From Candidatus Heimdallarchaeota archaeon (GTDB lineage Archaea > Asgardarchaeota > Heimdallarchaeia > Heimdallarchaeales > Heimdallarchaeaceae), in contig JAAFKI010000069.1 of assembly GCA_021399345.1 (NCBI GenBank), forward strand, positions 1 through 33,726: a stretch of 33,726 nt of DNA, read 5' to 3'. Every line of letters begins with the position of its first letter. Position 1 is the stretch's first letter. Both the position numbers and the translations under genes were made by a program. Shown here piece after piece: positions 9,135 through 17,818 of the stretch. The notes beneath the pieces were generated by a model. That model searched no databases and was not told the origin of the DNA. It saw nothing but the letters and a program-made list of their open reading frames with translations.

Positions 9135-10493
9135 TTAAAGCACCACATTTTTTTGTGGTGAATTATTATATCCTGCAACCAACCCATGTACAGAAACCGA
9201 AGAGTAGATTGGCTTGTTTTTAATTATGGAAAATTCTCCCCCCGAATATAGTGTCATAAAAGGTACATCTGTTCCTATTGCTTCTTTGACCATCTTGTTT
9301 TCTTCTTCAATTTTATCACCAGCAATGAGCAATCTATTGCTGCAGTTAATAAAAAGGCCAAAAACAGGATGATCAATTTTCTGTGCTGCTGTATTAGCAC
9401 ATTCATAAGCAGATTTTTGCACCCCTAAACCAGATTGTGTGAAAAACTCCGCAATTTTTTCGCTCTCATCTAAAATTTCCTCTGGAATTGTTGAAATTAT
9501 TCCTTTCAAAGTTGGATGACATACGGATACAAATGGTAAATTCCCTTGATCTTTTGATTTCAATGTAGAAAGATACAACAATGAAGCATAAGCCATGTTT
9601 TTGAAGGCTTCTTCATAAAGCTCTTTGGACATACCCAACAGTTCAAGAAATTCTTCATGGGCGGGTCTTTCATTTATCTCATGAATATAACTGCTGCTTT
9701 TGAGTCCCTTTGATAACTCAAAGCTTTTAGTCTTCTGTGATTTATCAAATGTCCAATTATGTTCAAAGTTCAGGGTATCAGAAGAAAAAACAGTTCCAAC
9801 CATTGCATTTTGAAAAACATTTTCTCCTTGAAATTGATAACAAGAGAGCATGTCTAAATCAATAGTGGCTCCTCCTAGGGTATTTTCTACATTATTTTTC
9901 AGTAATTTCATCAGCATTTTGTATGCAAACGATGTTACACCATAACCATTTTTCCCCATATTTCGATTAATGAGTTTTCCAATCATATTGAACATTCCTC
10001 TAAATTTATGTGCGAAGATACTATCCAATATTTTCATATCTTTGAAAGCATCAGGTGGAAAGAACGGACCAGGTGTGAGGAAGAATCCTGTCTTGAACCT
10101 ATTTTGATCATCTTTAAAGAGTTGAATTAGTTTATCTACTCCTTTTTCGGGGTTTATTCTAATATTTGAATAGGAAACTGAAGAATGGATATTCAATTCT
10201 GATGATTTGAAAGCCATTGCAGAACAACCTTGAGTAGTTGGTATGTCATCCGATGTAGCGACAGCTGGAAATGTTCCTCCGATTACATTCTGTGTTCCGC
10301 TTTCTTCACAAATTTTTGATATAGCTTGCTCATATTGTCTTTTTTCACGATAATTTGGAGTATACGCAATAAGCAGAAAGTCAGGTGTGCCGTTAATATC
10401 ACCAATAACATCTTTGATGATATGTTTTGTAGTTATATTGATAGATCTGTGGCTAGTTGTTCTTGTTGCTATCTGCATAAAGAAACCCCTCAC
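9135..10493 (-). CDS. FIST-domain signal transduction protein
   Basis: N-terminal PDFLLIAYT...VIGGT, LGGA, IHEINERPA, C-terminal INCSNR and YSGGEF, typical of FIST N/C domains. Confidence 0.8.
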   Translation of the reverse strand: MRGFFMQIATRTTSHRSINITTKHIIKDVIGDINGTPDFLLIAYTPNYREKRQYEQAISKICEESGTQNVIGGTFPAVATSDDIPTTQGCSAMAFKSSELNIHSSVSYSNIRINPEKGVDKLIQLFKDDQNRFKTGFFLTPGPFFPPDAFKDMKILDSIFAHKFRGMFNMIGKLINRNMGKNGYGVTSFAYKMLMKLLKNNVENTLGGATIDLDMLSCYQFQGENVFQNAMVGTVFSSDTLNFEHNWTFDKSQKTKSFELSKGLKSSSYIHEINERPAHEEFLELLGMSKELYEEAFKNMAYASLLYLSTLKSKDQGNLPFVSVCHPTLKGIISTIPEEILDESEKIAEFFTQSGLGVQKSAYECANTAAQKIDHPVFGLFINCSNRLLIAGDKIEEENKMVKEAIGTDVPFMTLYSGGEFSIIKNKPIYSSVSVHGLVAGYNNSPQKNVVL

Positions 10494-10849
10494 AAATAAT
10501 TAGAGATTAAGAGAGCTTTTCTCTTGGATTCTATAGATAACAAACTAAGATTAGCATTTTTGCTTGCAATAGTTGTTAGGATCAGTATGCTATTTACAAC
10601 ATAAAAGATTACACAGAATTCACTTAATTCGTAAGTTACTTTATTGAGATTGTTTGATTTCATTTCTAAAGAAACTTTGTCAACATTTGCTTTGCACCAC
10701 TGAATTGTTCTTAATAAATTGTGAGAATATTCTTCCTTAAATGATGAATCAACAACATCCCCATCAATTCGGAAGAGTATTGCAGCTTCTACTTCATCTA
10801 AGTGATTTAAATCCATTAATTCAGAACCAATTCCTTGGTTAAAATTCAT
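10490..10849 (-). CDS. Roadblock/LC7 (MglB-like) domain protein
   Basis: 119 aa with VEAAILFRIDGDVVDSS and ILILTTIASKNANLSLLSIE roadblock patterns; 4-bp overlaps with both neighbours. Confidence 0.85.
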   Translation of the reverse strand: MNFNQGIGSELMDLNHLDEVEAAILFRIDGDVVDSSFKEEYSHNLLRTIQWCKANVDKVSLEMKSNNLNKVTYELSEFCVIFYVVNSILILTTIASKNANLSLLSIESKRKALLISNYL

Positions 10850-11778
10850 TTTCTTACCTCTTGTAATATCTGCTTATCTGTTAATACTTCAACAAGTTCC
10901 ATATTCTGAGAACTATCCCTATTCTCTCTTTCGCCAAGAAGGTTCTTTGCAATTTGAGCAATCACTCTTTTCTTTGGATCTTTATCTTTAGAAAGTTCTT
11001 TCACTCTTTTCATTAGCTCTTGGTATCTTATGTCGTTAACAACTGGATTAAATGTAACATTCTGAATTGAACTAGTATCTATAACTAGGCCTGGTCCATT
11101 AACAAAATTAAGAGGATAGATTCCTTCGTGATGGGGTGTTTTTCGAGATTTAACAACCTTACAAGTTCTGCTGTATTTTCCCCCCAAACCTAGATTTTGT
11201 ATGTGAATGACACTATCAGATAAGTAAATTGGTACTCTTGTTTCTTTGGCACCAATATCTGTTTGACCAAAAGCGTTTGGTTCTTCAACAGTTTGCAATA
11301 CCGTACCTAGAGAGCTCAAATGGTGATAGATCTTAGTTAGAACTTTTCTTTGCTCTTTTTCTGAAGGAAATTCCCACAATATAGGTGTGAGTGGATCCAC
11401 AATAATTCTTGTGTGTTTAACATTTCGATGTTTCAATTTTTGAGCTAGGGCAGGGAGTATATTTGTCATAAACTCAACAATCTTCTCACTTTCAACTAAA
11501 TGAATTAAGTCTTCAGCATCATTTGTCATTTCACGAATGTTAATTCCCAAAGATTCGGCTTCCCCAATCAGTTTTGAGGGGGTTTCTTCAAAGGACAAAT
11601 AAAGAGTATGATCTCCTTTTAAAAGTCCTTGATATAAGTAAGCTAAAGCAAAAGTAGTTTTTCCTGTTCCACTACTACCTACTATGGAATTTATAGAATT
11701 CTTGATTATTCCGCCATTCATTAGAACATCAAGACCTTCTATCCCCGAAGATATTCTTTCGTGGTTTATCATAGACAT
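10846..11778 (-). CDS. Single-domain KaiC/RAD55-family RecA-type ATPase with C-terminal helical extension
   Basis: RISSGIEGLDVLMNGGI, Walker A GSSGTGKT, YLSFEE, YLSDSVI, VVKSR. Confidence 0.9.
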   Translation of the reverse strand: MSMINHERISSGIEGLDVLMNGGIIKNSINSIVGSSGTGKTTFALAYLYQGLLKGDHTLYLSFEETPSKLIGEAESLGINIREMTNDAEDLIHLVESEKIVEFMTNILPALAQKLKHRNVKHTRIIVDPLTPILWEFPSEKEQRKVLTKIYHHLSSLGTVLQTVEEPNAFGQTDIGAKETRVPIYLSDSVIHIQNLGLGGKYSRTCKVVKSRKTPHHEGIYPLNFVNGPGLVIDTSSIQNVTFNPVVNDIRYQELMKRVKELSKDKDPKKRVIAQIAKNLLGERENRDSSQNMELVEVLTDKQILQEVRK

Positions 11779-11925
11779 CTATAGTTATACACTAACAACC
11801 TAAATAAACTCCACAATTTCTATTTGGGAGCAAATTATCATGTCAATCGCTCTAAGCTTTAATTAGTTCAATATGAGAATGAACACAAAGAGTAACATTT
11901 TAGAAAAGAAACGAAATTATCATTC

Positions 11926-12693
11926 TTGAATATAATGAATTCATTTTTACAAAAGATAAAAGATCTATTTGCTTCTGAGGAAAAAAAATTCACTAGAACA
12001 ATATTAGAGGAGTTAAAAACAACCAATTTCATTAATATAAGAAAGATTCAATCAAACCTTTCTTTGGAAAAACGCTATGTAACGATTAGCGACTTACTTT
12101 CAAACAGAAAAATGACAGGTGTTTTTCTTCCGGAGAAATCTCACTTCTTTTCCATTTTAGATGAGGAATTATCGGAAATCAGAAATTCACTTAAGAAACA
12201 AGGGATGGTAGAAATATCCTTAATCAAGAATCGTTGGACTGTAACAGAAAAAACCTTACTTCCATTGTTGAATCATCTAGAAAAGGGAATTATTGGTGAT
12301 AAGAAATATTTCACAATTACTTATCTTCAAAATGCTATAGATTCTTCCTTAGCAAATGTTCCAGAATATGAGATTCAAAAATTTGAGAAAAGATTTGGGA
12401 TAGAAGTGGACACTCTTGCTCAGATTATTGCTAATATGATTGAAAATGAAACACTAAAGGGTGTATTAAGACATAATTTGGTGTTTTTAAGCTCAGAAAC
12501 CTTTGAAAATATTGTTAATGAGTTTCTAGAGGATAAATTGGATAGTGAAAAAGAATTATCTTTTGATGAAATCTCCTCTGAACTAGAAGTACCTTCAACT
12601 AATATTGAACCTTTTCTTGTAAGTTATGTTAATAAAAATCCAGGTAGTTTAGTTATTTATCCTTTGGAGAAAAAGATAATCTTCAAGGGATAA
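11926..12693 (+). CDS. Hypothetical protein with tandem winged-helix (PCI-like) domains
   Basis: Segments FEKRFGIEVDTLAQIIANMIENETLKGVL and LSFDEISSELEVP resemble winged-helix/PCI C-terminal motifs. Start probably at ATG 11935. Confidence 0.55.
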   Translation: MNIMNSFLQKIKDLFASEEKKFTRTILEELKTTNFINIRKIQSNLSLEKRYVTISDLLSNRKMTGVFLPEKSHFFSILDEELSEIRNSLKKQGMVEISLIKNRWTVTEKTLLPLLNHLEKGIIGDKKYFTITYLQNAIDSSLANVPEYEIQKFEKRFGIEVDTLAQIIANMIENETLKGVLRHNLVFLSSETFENIVNEFLEDKLDSEKELSFDEISSELEVPSTNIEPFLVSYVNKNPGSLVIYPLEKKIIFKG

Positions 12694-12784
12694 TTGATAT
12701 GGTTAGAGAAAATTAAGAAATTTCTTTAATCTTATCTGTCGAAATCTTTAAAATAGTATGTTGTAACCCGAACTTCAGATAAGA

Positions 12785-13210
12785 ATGGCTAGAAGATTAC
12801 CGTGGTTACTACCTGGAATTCGCAGACCTAATTTCAATCTGCATCAAATATCAATTCGTATGCCAAAACGAATTCCCAGAAGTTTAATTTACGTTCTCAT
12901 ATATGGGATTGTATTCTATATCTTTGGAGGGGGGGCATATATGGTTGTAAATCAGGAAAATCTGATAAGTATAGGTCAATTTATGAATAGCCCTCAATTC
13001 ATTGCACAGTCAATACATACACAATATCTAATTGAAGGATTAGTTATAGGATTTATATTGGTTTTCGCAGCAGCAAGTCTATATTTGCTTGATCATGCAA
13101 CAAAATTTGCTTTTGATGTTGGAACTGCTCAAAAAGTTGAGTTGATTGGAACAATCCTAGTAGTTGTATGGTACATTGCTGTATTATTGATTTTTAGAGC
13201 TAAATTATGA
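12785..13210 (+). CDS. OST3/OST6-family, DC2/OSTC-like oligosaccharyltransferase subunit (3 TM)
   Basis: Three TM segments; GGGAY, QYLIEGL and C-terminal FRAKL match recalled DC2 motifs (GGIIY, QYIMEGL, FMRMKL); similar length; no thioredoxin domain. Confidence 0.8.
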   Translation: MARRLPWLLPGIRRPNFNLHQISIRMPKRIPRSLIYVLIYGIVFYIFGGGAYMVVNQENLISIGQFMNSPQFIAQSIHTQYLIEGLVIGFILVFAAASLYLLDHATKFAFDVGTAQKVELIGTILVVVWYIAVLLIFRAKL

Positions 13211-13215
13211 GTAGG

Positions 13216-13863
13216 TTAATACCTACTTTTGATGGTTTCAAGACCATCATTAGTTATTTTATAAAAAATTTCCTCTTTTTCTTGCTGTGCTTTCCACAGT
13301 TTTTTATTAACATGTTTTAATTTGATTTCTCTGTCTGAATAATTCATTATGGCTGAATTTGCTACAGGTCTAATAATTTTCTTATCCTTTTCTCTGAAAG
13401 CAGTAACTTGATTTGTTATTAAAACAGGAATCTGGTATTCTTTGCTAATCATGTTTAGGTATGCCATTTGCAATGTTAGTAGCTTATAAATGCTCATTTC
13501 ATTGATATTTGAGCTTCTAAATCTAAAATGATTCGTTATCCCATTAATGGCTATGAATGCATAATCTGTGTTTGAAATAAAATTATGAACTTTCATCAAT
13601 GTTTTGATTTGTTGACTCTTATCAAATAAGCTAACAACGGTGATATTTTTTAGTTCTACCTTGTAATTTAGATTAACTTCCATTAATCTTTGAGCACTAA
13701 AATTTATCTCACAATCAAAAAATAGCGCTTTCTTCCCTTTTAGACCTCTACATGTCTGATAAAGTAGTGTTGTTTTTCCTGAATTTGGAGGACCCGCTAA
13801 ATGAGTTATACCTTGAGGAATTGTTCCGTATTCCAGTAAATCTTGAAACGCCAAATCTATCAC
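13216..13863 (-). CDS. radB: RadB-like RecA-family ATPase
   Basis: GITHLAGPPNSGKTT, FSAQRL and IPVLITNQV motifs; lacks the RadA N-terminal domain. Confidence 0.75.
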   Translation of the reverse strand: MIDLAFQDLLEYGTIPQGITHLAGPPNSGKTTLLYQTCRGLKGKKALFFDCEINFSAQRLMEVNLNYKVELKNITVVSLFDKSQQIKTLMKVHNFISNTDYAFIAINGITNHFRFRSSNINEMSIYKLLTLQMAYLNMISKEYQIPVLITNQVTAFREKDKKIIRPVANSAIMNYSDREIKLKHVNKKLWKAQQEKEEIFYKITNDGLETIKSRY

Positions 13864-13935
13864 TGATATTAGAGAATATTAACTTATTCAGTTTTATTAT
13901 ATATTAAAGCTTTGAAAAGAAGATAATTTTCTTAT

Positions 13936-14160
13936 CTAAATCAGTAGTAGGTAAATTATCAAGGAGAAAATTATAATTCCGATACCTTTTCCAATTTTGT
14001 TTAAGTTATAACCTAGATTCTTTTGAATTAATCCCTTACTTGTTCTTTCAGTTGTAATCATTAAACCAATCCAAATTCCTGTTTTAGAGGCATAAAGAAG
14101 AATCAATAGAACCAAATCGAGAATATATTGAAGGGTTCCTTCACCAATTTCTACTACCAT
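13936..14160 (-). CDS. Small membrane protein (2 hydrophobic segments)
   Basis: 74 aa ORF with ATG start that fills the gap between nadE and radB; hydrophobic segments near both ends. Confidence 0.55.
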   Translation of the reverse strand: MVVEIGEGTLQYILDLVLLILLYASKTGIWIGLMITTERTSKGLIQKNLGYNLNKIGKGIGIIIFSLIIYLLLI

Positions 14161-14230
14161 TTCTTTTCAAATATTAAAACATAGTTTGAGTTAAATACTC
14201 CACGAAAATCAAGCAAAGATTTTTCTGTTG

Positions 14231-15013
14231 CTACCTTTGAATCTTTGGCATTCCAGGCATCATCCTTTTGTGTTTGTTATTTTTTATTAATTTCTTTATT
14301 CTATCTACTTGATTCTTCTTTAATTCAATTGTTTTAATTAACTCCTTCTCGCTCAATCCATTTTCTAAACCAAGAAGTAATAGATCTAGCTTTTTATAGG
14401 AAATCCCTATTTCTTCCTCATCTGTTTGTTTAGCCCAAAGTCCTGCAGTTGGAGGTTTTGTTATGATTTTTGGATTCACATTGAGTTTTTCAGCTATTCT
14501 ATACAATTCTGTTTTGTAAATGTCTCCTATAGGCCATATATCTGCAGCTAAATCGCCGAATTTAGTTCCATAGCCTATTGAAATTTCGGATTTATTTGAC
14601 GTTCCTATTACTAGTTTATTTTCGAGATTAGATATTGTGTAAAGGTTAACTCCTCTTAATCGAGCTTTTAAATTTCCTTTAGCTAAATGATTCTTTTTCA
14701 ATTCTGAATGTGCTGTTATCATTTCTCTTATCAAAGGTGAAATATCGATGATTTGGAGAGGAATATCTAATTGACTAGCTGTTAATTGGGCATCTTGAGT
14801 ATGGATTGGATCAAGCTCGTTTTCAGGTAAATGAATAAGTGATATTTTTTCTTTACCAATAGCAAGAGCTGTTAAATGTGTAACAACTGCAGAATCAATT
14901 CCACCACTGAGACCAATTACTGCCCCTTTTGTTTTTGAAATTTCAATTTTTTGTCGTATAAACTTCTTAATTTCTTCAATTATGGCGTTTTCATCTTTAA
15001 GGAAATCTTTCAT
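14231..15013 (-). CDS. nadE: NH3-dependent NAD+ synthetase
   Basis: GLSGGIDS, GNLKARLR, GTSNKSE, GYGTKFGD, PPTAGLW..QTDE. Confidence 0.96.
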   Translation of the reverse strand: MKDFLKDENAIIEEIKKFIRQKIEISKTKGAVIGLSGGIDSAVVTHLTALAIGKEKISLIHLPENELDPIHTQDAQLTASQLDIPLQIIDISPLIREMITAHSELKKNHLAKGNLKARLRGVNLYTISNLENKLVIGTSNKSEISIGYGTKFGDLAADIWPIGDIYKTELYRIAEKLNVNPKIITKPPTAGLWAKQTDEEEIGISYKKLDLLLLGLENGLSEKELIKTIELKKNQVDRIKKLIKNNKHKRMMPGMPKIQR

Positions 15014-15085
15014 TTAACTCATGATATCTAGATAATTGAGCTTAATAATTCTTTCAATACGAATATATGGGTACAAAACAGTCTA

Positions 15086-15161
15086 TGGAGCCCCGAAGGG
15101 GGTTTGAACCCCTGACCTTTACCTTACCAAGGTAACGCTCTACCAGCTGAGCTATCGAGGC
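15086..15161 (-). tRNA. tRNA-Thr(GGT), intronless, CCA encoded
   Basis: GCCTCGA/TCGGGGC acceptor, anticodon arm TTACC-TTGGTAA-GGTAA, T-arm AGGGG-TTCAAAC-CCCCT. Confidence 0.96.
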
Positions 15162-15356
15162 AAATTCAATAAAATCCTTTTTCTATAATTTTTAAAGATT
15201 CTGATTCAATGTTATATTGTAAGAAAAACCCCTTAAATTTCCCATCCCTTTCATCAAATCCACTATTTTCGAAATTAAGAATAAAAATCCACAAAGGGCG
15301 AAAAGTCTAAATATACTTTCTTTAATTTCCTAACAAATTACTTAATAAGGGATAAT

Positions 15357-16454
15357 ATGAAAAATCGCACTTTAGTATTCTTATTGCTCTGCTTGGTAAC
15401 TGTAGCAAATGTACCCTATGTATATGATATCTCTGGTCAACAGACACTGAATTATGTAATTCTTTTTGATGAATCACATGGACAAGTTTTCAATAGGACT
15501 TTTATGGATGCTGCTTTAAGCTCCCTTACTAATATTACAATTGAAGATCCGGACACTAAGCTAGTAATTGAACTTATATTCCAGACTGAAACAAGGTTTA
15601 ATTCTACAAACCTTCAAGGTGTAGATTTGCTTATTTTTACAAACCCTGGACTTGGAGAGGATGATAGCTTAGATCAAACAGAGAAAGATGCAATCCTTGA
15701 TTACGTAGAACTTGGTGGATCTTTATTTTTACTTTGCAATCCATTGACTCAACAAGATAATATTACAGGTCATCCTACCACAATGAATGAACTTCTAAAT
15801 GAGAGAGACAATTGGTTAACATCTGCAAGATTCATGTTTGGAGCAAACCAGTCACTTTCTAGAGTAATTGTAGATGATTTTAATAGTACATATGGAAATG
15901 CAACACATGTAACATTTAATGAGTTTAATTCAACAAAGATAATTTTCAATGAAAACATAGATTTCTTCTGGCAGGAAACAAAAATTGACAATGTCACGAT
16001 TTATTCAGACTCTATTTCATTAGGAAATGAAAGACTGGAGGATGACTCATCGGAAAAAATAGTTCAAGTTGGAAAAACACCCATTACATCATACGCAATT
16101 AACGAAGAATATGATATATTTAGAGATCCAACCAATGGTTTCCTTACTTGGCTTTTTGCAAAAAAAACTAAAGATACCAGATTAGTCATGTTGGGTTCAA
16201 CAATAATGTTCAGTGACTTAGAGATTGTAGAAAATTCAACTTGGATTGAACAGAATCAGAATCTCGAGCTATGGAATAATCTCATTCTCTGGCTCTTGGA
16301 ATATACCCCTCATCTAGAAAGAGATCCTCCTGCAATATGGGTTTTTGAGAACTATGCTTTACTTGTTTTTGCTCTCTCTGCTGTAATTTTTGGTATTTCA
16401 ATTCTTGTTTTCAAATATAGAAATAAAAGAAAAATCACTGTTACAATTAAGTGA
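15357..16454 (+). CDS. Type I membrane protein with GIFT/DUF4350/GldG-like extracellular domain
   Basis: Signal peptide; ILFDESHGQ, DLLIFTNP, EKDAILDYVELGGSLFLL and NLELWNNLILWL motifs; C-terminal TM plus basic tail; many N-x-S/T sequons. Confidence 0.7.
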   Translation: MKNRTLVFLLLCLVTVANVPYVYDISGQQTLNYVILFDESHGQVFNRTFMDAALSSLTNITIEDPDTKLVIELIFQTETRFNSTNLQGVDLLIFTNPGLGEDDSLDQTEKDAILDYVELGGSLFLLCNPLTQQDNITGHPTTMNELLNERDNWLTSARFMFGANQSLSRVIVDDFNSTYGNATHVTFNEFNSTKIIFNENIDFFWQETKIDNVTIYSDSISLGNERLEDDSSEKIVQVGKTPITSYAINEEYDIFRDPTNGFLTWLFAKKTKDTRLVMLGSTIMFSDLEIVENSTWIEQNQNLELWNNLILWLLEYTPHLERDPPAIWVFENYALLVFALSAVIFGISILVFKYRNKRKITVTIK

Positions 16455-16502
16455 TTATCAAGTTCTCCTCATACTTTTCGATTTTTTTTTCTTTTACAAA
16501 AA

Positions 16503-17801
16503 GTGGTGTATAAATATTCAAATTTCTTTATTTTTATGATGAATGTTCATAGAGCATATGATACTAGTACGGAAGCTCTTAGATTATTAAAATCATTATT
16601 TAATGGTGAAATAGATATAGCTGACTTTAGATTTGAGATTAATGAATATTCCCAAACTATGGCTAAGAATCTTTTTAGAGATAGCTTTCCTAGATTTAAT
16701 CAGAATTTAAGAGATAAACTTACTAATATTTTTCTAAGATATTGTTATAATGAAAAAAACGTGCAAATGAATGAATTCTGGAAGTTTACTAATTATAAAG
16801 ATTTTTGGATTGAAATGAAAAACTTTCATGATTACATTTATTCGAGAAGAATGAATTTAAGTGAGGTTGTTCAATTTTTTGAGACAAATCTAGTGACAAA
16901 TAAGAGGAAAGTAAAACTGGATTTTGTGGAAAGGAAAGTAATAGAAAAACTTGATAAAAACCCCAATATTCTCAATAAGGATTTAGCAAACGAGCTAAAT
17001 ATTTCAGAGAAAAAAATAAGCAATATAATTAATTCATTGAAATCAAGAGGTGTTTTTCTTGGTTGTTTTGCCGATTATTCTCCAATAGATGCTTATGAAT
17101 TCTTTGGTTTCACTGAAATTGAAAATTCGAGCAATGAGCTTAAATTCTTAGATAAAATAACTTTGTTTCCAGATTTCAAACTCTTCCATGGTTTATCTTC
17201 TCAAGAGATTAAACAGCCTTACATTTATCAAGTTATAAACAAAAAAATAGTTTGTAGCACAGAAATATTGAACCGTGGTCTTTCATTTCAGGATTGGATT
17301 TCTGTAAATAAATCTAAGAAAACTTCGAAAAACTTGAATCGAGAGAAAGATTTAGATGATTTTTATGTTCCTACATCAAGTAAAAACCACGTCCTGCAGC
17401 TCATGAAGAACTGTGAAACGGACTTTAGAAGACCAAATATTAAAAAGATAGCAGAAGAAAACAACGTTTCCATTAGAACATTATTTAGAATTAAATCTAA
17501 ACTTAAGGATAGAGGATTGATCCTACCTCAAATTATTGTGGAAAATGATGAATTGATGGCTCTAGTAATTATATCCCCGAGAGAACTTCTTGAGTTTTAC
17601 AACAAAGTACCGTTTATTAAATCATATGAAGTTCAAAACATGGAAACCAATAGTAAGTGGTTCTCTTTCATGTCTATTTTTGCTAGTGATTTTGCCTTCA
17701 TTAATTCAAAACTTAAGAATCACTCAGAGATTTTCCTAGTTGTAGGAAAAAAGGCAGTGAATTTAATATCACAATCCAATCAAAAGATTTATACAAATTA
17801 A
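16503..17801 (+). CDS. Winged-helix transcriptional regulator with two Lrp/AsnC-like HTH domains
   Basis: HTH1 NKDLANELNISEKKISNIINSLKSRGV and HTH2 IKKIAEENNVSIRTLFRIKSKLKDRGLI. Start may be an ATG about 33-36 nt downstream. Confidence 0.7.
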   Translation: MVYKYSNFFIFMMNVHRAYDTSTEALRLLKSLFNGEIDIADFRFEINEYSQTMAKNLFRDSFPRFNQNLRDKLTNIFLRYCYNEKNVQMNEFWKFTNYKDFWIEMKNFHDYIYSRRMNLSEVVQFFETNLVTNKRKVKLDFVERKVIEKLDKNPNILNKDLANELNISEKKISNIINSLKSRGVFLGCFADYSPIDAYEFFGFTEIENSSNELKFLDKITLFPDFKLFHGLSSQEIKQPYIYQVINKKIVCSTEILNRGLSFQDWISVNKSKKTSKNLNREKDLDDFYVPTSSKNHVLQLMKNCETDFRRPNIKKIAEENNVSIRTLFRIKSKLKDRGLILPQIIVENDELMALVIISPRELLEFYNKVPFIKSYEVQNMETNSKWFSFMSIFASDFAFINSKLKNHSEIFLVVGKKAVNLISQSNQKIYTN

Positions 17802-17818
17802 ATAAGGGAGTTTCTTAC

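Noticed and set aside
10846-11778. Circadian clock kaiC
   Set aside because: Single ATPase domain and no kaiA/kaiB; it fits the generic archaeal KaiC-like signalling ATPases.
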